Source: Malacoraja senta (lineage: Eukaryota). Taken from it: 64,000 bases of DNA. The DNA is taken from positions 24,926,001 through 24,990,000 of the forward strand of contig CM075989.1 in NCBI GenBank assembly GCA_038087875.1. Reading direction: 5' to 3'. Positions 58,656-64,000 of the stretch are shown in pieces (the stretch's first letter is position 1; every line of letters begins with the position of its first letter). A program made the translations under genes and the position numbers. The notes below the pieces were generated by a model that saw nothing but the letters and a program-made list of their open reading frames with translations, searched no databases and was not told the DNA's origin.

Positions 58656-58977
58656 ATGAAAGATTTAAAAAACGTTGGTTATTGTGAGCTTTACAAATGA
58701 GGTTTATGCAAATAATGTTGTCAAACCCATAAAAAAGCCAGTCATTCTTCACTGCCTGCTTTATAGGAAACAACTGCCAGCTTGTTGTTTCATAGCGACC
58801 TTAACAGATGCTGCTGGTATTACTCTGTAAAAATTGTTGTCAGGAACATCAATGGAAGTATCAACTGTGGGTGCATTAAGGCTTTAACAAAACACATTTT
58901 AAATGAGTGGTGTAGAAAGGAACTGCAGATGCTGGTTTAAACCGAAGATAGGCACAAAATGCTGGAGTAACTCAGCG

Positions 58978-59072
58978 GGACAGGCAGCGTCAGACAGGCA
59001 GCATCAGACAGGCAGCATCAGACAGACAGCGTCAGACAGGCAGCGTCAGACAGGCAGCGTCAGACAGGCAGG
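58978..59072. repeat. 14-bp tandem repeat (GACAGGCAGCRTCA), about 6-7 copies, expanded from a pLTR-derived repeat
   Basis: The array continues directly from ...CTCAGCGGGACAGGCAGC of the pLTR family. Confidence 0.85.
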
Positions 59073-61438
59073 CCACCATGAGTGGGCCTGACTTGTCCAC
59101 TGCTGTTCTACAATTGAGACACATTGAGACACGACACTTGATCTTGGCTGGCTATGCATCGTCGGAGAAACTTGCAGAGAACAGCGATGAAGTTGATGAG
59201 ACGGTAAGTCAACTTATATTTCCATAACAACCTTTGTCAGAAATACCGACTCGTCTCAAAGTGCTGGAGTAACTCAGCGGGTCAGGCAGCATCTGTGGAG
59301 AACATGGATAGGTGATGTTTCACAGAGTGCTGGAGTAACTCAGAATGCTGGATTTGTGTCTATTATTAATGATGTATCCACTCAACTCCTGAATGACATT
59401 CCACACCTAACAATCTCTAATGAAATGTAATGCTGTGAAATGGGAAGAGTAATATTTTGGCTGGGAGAGCGGCCACATAAACTAGAGGGCAAAATTCCAG
59501 AAGGTGTACAGAAACAGATATCTGGAGATATACTTGCATGGTTTAATGAAAGTGGCAGGGCAGGATGATAAAGTGGGTGAAAAAGCATATGGGGTTCCAA
59601 GCATTATAAATAGAGGCATAAATATAGGAGCAAGAATATCACAATGAACATTTATGAAACACTGGCATGGTCACAAATGGGTTGTTATGTTTAGTTTTAG
59701 GCGGCACTCATTATGAATGACGTAAATGCTTTAGAGAACGCACAGAAGTGATTTACTGAAATGATTGTGGGATGAAGGGTTGTTGTGAGAAGCTTTTGTT
59801 GAAGAAACTGAGGCTGTTTTCTCTGGTACAGACATTATGTGACGCAAAATACAAAATGCTGGAGTAACTCAGCAGTTCAGGCAGCATCTGTGGAGAACGC
59901 GGATAGGTGACGTTTCACAGAGTGCTGGATTAACTCAGCGGGTCAGGCAGAATCTGTGGAGGGAATGGACAGGTGATATTTTGGGGAAAAAACATTCATA
60001 TAACCCTTCACCATCAGGCAGTGTGATGCAGGCATTTAAAATGATAAATTACATACACAAAATAAAGTAAAACTGTTCCCTTTGATGGAAGAGTCAAAAC
60101 CAGGGGGTATAGAATGAAGATACCCTTCAGTGACATGAGGAAACACTGTATGCAGCAGTGGATATGACATGGACTCTTGTCCCAGGGATAGCTATGGAGC
60201 AGATTCAATTGTAGTATTCAAGATGGAACTGGATAAACTGGGTTGGAATTGTATAGAGACAATATAAACTCAAAGAGTTAAATGGGAACATCTGCCCGTC
60301 TTCTCTCAATAGAAGCCGACCATTGATCCCCCCCTTCACACTAGTTCCATTTTCCAACTTTCACATTCATCCTTGTATGCGGTGCAGGGAACAATAAGTT
60401 CATAAGCTTCATGGAGATACAGAGAGGTTGGTGGGGTGAGAGTGGAAGGGAATCTTCAGAGTTTCATACATTCTGAATACCTGTTTAACGACATTATTTA
60501 ATACAAACTGTTATGTTCTGTTAAACATCGCCCTGTAGTCTTTGCAATAAATGAGTAATATGTACAGTGGCCAGAGAGCTTTATGGGACACTGTACTTTG
60601 ACTGACTTCTTGAGCTGTTTGTAGGACAGCCGTATTTTGGTTAGTTATTATGCTTTACTGTAACAACGAGGTCTGCAGAGTTTGAGCATGCTCAGATGCA
60701 GCAGGATGCGAGTTAGACGGCAGCTCTGCACTGCGTCTGCCCAGGAAATGGACCACACCTTCACTAAAATGGGCAGAAATATCCTTGGTAAACAGGCCAC
60801 GAGGCAGAACCGTCAGGCATCAGTAGTCACCATAAAGAACCTGCAGTGTTTGTCAGTGGACACGCTTTCACGTGAGGCAAATATCTGATCAAATAGTTTA
60901 AGAACAGTCTATAAAAATGCACTTAGAAATGTTTCTTCTTTTTTTAATACATACTATATGTAAAAAAATAATAGAATCCAAATGACAAAGTTCGTAACCA
61001 TCACCTGTACATTTCAAGGTTCGCATGTCCTCCTCACCTTCCTTTCAGTTTTCCTGCCTGTTCTAAATAACGTTGTTTTATAAACCGTGTGGAGATACTG
61101 ACCAATGTTCCCTCACTCTCACTCCAGTGGGCAGATCACATTGGCTGTGTGTCTGACCCAGACACTCCATCCCTAGCTCTGTCACAGCAGGCAGGATGTC
61201 CTCCATGAAAACATGCAACGTGCAACTGCTGGGAATCCCTGGCCCACGACAATCAAACTAGAGAAAGAAAAAGTCTGATGAAGGGTCCCGACCCAAAACG
61301 TCATCTATCCCCGTTCCCAAGAGATGCTGCCTGACCTGCTGAGTTACTCCAGCACTTTGTGTCTTTCTTTGCAGAAAGAACAATAAGGATGGCACTTAGA
61401 ATCTCGAGTACCTGCTTCAGTCATTCAGAAGCGGCAAG

Positions 61439-61830
61439 TATGACAGATTTCATGGTAGATTTTGATGTATCGATGCTGAGGATGAGGGGGAACCTAATTG
61501 AAACTCACCAAAGAGTGAAAGGCCTGGATATAGTTGATGTGGAGAGGATGTTTCCACTCGTGGGAGAGTCTAGGACCAGAGGGCACAGCCTCAGAATAAA
61601 AGGATGTACCTTTAGAAAGGAGATGAGGAATTTATTTCGAGGGTGGTGAATCTGTGGAATTCATTGCCACAGAAGGCTGTGGAGGCCAAGTCATGGGGTA
61701 TGTTTAAAGCGGAGATTGACAGGTTCCTGATTAGTACGGGTTTCAGGGGTTATGGGAAGAAGTCAGGAGAATGGGTTAAGAGGGAAAGATAGAACAGCCA
61801 TGATTGAGTGGCAGAGTAGACTCAATGGGC
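61439..61830 (+). mobile_element. CR1-derived element with the same head as 23506-23937
   Basis: LRMRGNLIETHQRVKGLDIVDVERMFPLVGESRTRGHSLRIKG. Confidence 0.75.
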
Positions 61831-64000
61831 TTCAGACTGATTGTGGTGAGGAGTGGGATGCAAGGAAGGAGGGGCAGGATAAGACCTGGCAAGTAATAGG
61901 TGGATACAGGCGAGAGGGGGGATTGATATGTAGATGGTTGGGCAAAGGCCAGAGATAAAAAGACAGAAGGTGTGAGACAGGAGGGTTGAAGAATCAGTGA
62001 CCAGAGAGACAAAAGAAGTGGGGGCAACGGGTGGGATGGAGAATGACTTGAGTTTGGAGCGCACTGACTGCACGCAGATTCAATAAAACTTTCAAAGCAA
62101 TTTGGGTAAATAGTTGAATGGGTGAAACATTGTCGACACAAGCGCCATTGGTCACGTTACTTCCTTCTACACTATCATCAATCTTATTCTATGATGACAA
62201 ACAACTTATCTAAATCATAGAGACGGCTAGTATTGTCTAAATATTTTTCAGATTCAGCCTCTTCTTGAAACATTGCTGGTAAAACTAGAAGCCACAAGAT
62301 TCAACAGCAAACTAAATGCTCTCATCTGTCGCTTCTGTTGAGTTTCAAATGCCTCCTGTAGTATTTTAAACTCATAGCATTAGGCGATACCATCCTGTAG
62401 CTCTGTGATATTATACCAGTGAATGTCACAGCCAAAGTTAGAGTTTAAGAATAAGGACCTTGTCCAATGTTAGGCCTCTTCTGAGTTTCTTAGCTGCAAT
62501 CATTGCATCACAACGGTTTTGCTGGATGTTTAAAGAGGCAAGTTTCAATCAAGAGATACAAGGAACTGTAGATGCTGGAATCTTGCATAGAAAACAAAGT
62601 GCTGGAGTAACTCAGCAGGTCAGGCAGCATCTCTGGAGAACATGGATAGGTGACTTTTCAGGTTGGAAACCTTTCTTCAGACTAACTGCAATATCGGGGG
62701 TGGGAAGCTGGAGAAGAGGTAGGATCACTAACAGGCTTTGCCAGTTCCGACCTGAAACGTCACCTATCCATGTTTCACCACAGATGCTGCCTGACCCGCT
62801 GAGTTACTCCAGCACTTTGTGTTCTACACATAGTTCCAGTGGGGTTCTCTACCATGGGAACATGGTTAATTATGACAGATGAGTTACCGATGGGTTAGAG
62901 GTGGCATCACAAAATTTTGACATCAGCTTCATTCAAGGCTGCTGGAGAGTAAACTAAAGCAGTGTAAAATAGGCATCCTGAATGGTTCCAGCTTAGGTTG
63001 ATGTTATTGCTTCTCCTGCCCAACCACCCCACCAATCATAACATCATCTGGAAAACCTGGACAAACCACTCCTAATGAAGCAGCACATTCAGGGGGGAGG
63101 GATGGAAAACCAACAACACAATAAAATAAATATTATCAAGCACTTTGAGATGTACAGAAGGCAAACATGGGCAGATATTTGGTCTTAAGGATTTTTATGA
63201 ATAGGGTCAAAAGAAAATAAATCAAAGAGACAGCTTGTGAATGTTAAGATCACGTGGGGTAGGTCTATAGTTAGACGGTGAAAAAGGAGCGTTTTAATGT
63301 AAAAGGAAGGAATTTACAGGAGGACCTCTGTCCCAAGTCAATCTCACTAAAAACTCAAATATAGACCAAAGGGGTTTGCCCCTGAGTGTTTAATGCTGTA
63401 TCCTTGCAGTTCTCCTTCTTCTTCTCGCGTATGGCATGTACAGCCTAAAGTTGTAAGACAACTTGTTCTGTTTGATCTTCTGTTTGTGCACGCCAAGGTT
63501 GATTGTATCTGTCGAAACAGGGTGGACCATGTGAAGGTTGCAATCTCCCACATCTGCAGTTCTGACTATCTTTCACTTAAAGTATACATTATTGTTCATT
63601 GTCTGCAAACTGAAAGGTGAATCACAGTGCAGTGTCGTTTATAAAAGTGTTGCTTAAAGTAGTCATACACTTTATACACCATCTGAAGAAGGGTCTCGAC
63701 CCAAAACGTCACCCATTCCTTCTTTCCAGAGATGCTGCCTGTCCCGTTGAGTTACTCCAGCATTTTGTGTCTATCACCATTGCTGCATTGTTAAAGCATT
63801 AGTTTCAAAGACATTTTTTGATATTAGTCCAATGTAATATTTTTTAACATTCCTGGAATTCAGTAAACTCCCTGTAATGTGGAAAATCGGCATGAGAAGA
63901 AAACATTATATTTTAATCTCTTGGAGTAGCATCAAATGATTGGTGGCAAATATCACAATCTCATGTATAATGAGACAAAAATACCATCAGGAGTCATCAT

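Noticed and set aside
40500..64000. Expected syntenic neighbours TLNRD1 and MESD
   Set aside because: No matching ORF or exon recognised; they probably lie beyond the right edge.

Overview
Eukaryotic vertebrate genomic DNA, most likely from a cartilaginous fish such as a skate or ray. This is inferred from HE1-like V-SINEs, CR1, Rex1/Babar, L2, RTE and L1 LINEs, Penelope-like elements and Deu-type SINE remnants. Two protein-coding genes lie on the minus strand in the same order and orientation as human 15q25. The first is a complete 7-exon CFAP161 (36738 to 23137, 918-nt CDS, 305 aa, all GT-AG introns) with a CpG-rich promoter carrying two RFX X-boxes. The second is the first coding exon of the long (neuronal-type) IL16 (5745 to 5350); its later exons were not found and probably lie off the left edge. 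Most of the remainder is repeat-derived. The most notable non-genic signal is a dense family of 40-200 bp insertions derived from Penelope terminal repeats. They carry a minimal type-I hammerhead-ribozyme motif, are individually bounded by 10-16 bp target-site duplications, and often have a fold-back or tandem-multimer structure. No rRNA, functional tRNA or CRISPR features were found. Family and gene assignments come from motif recognition, not database searches.
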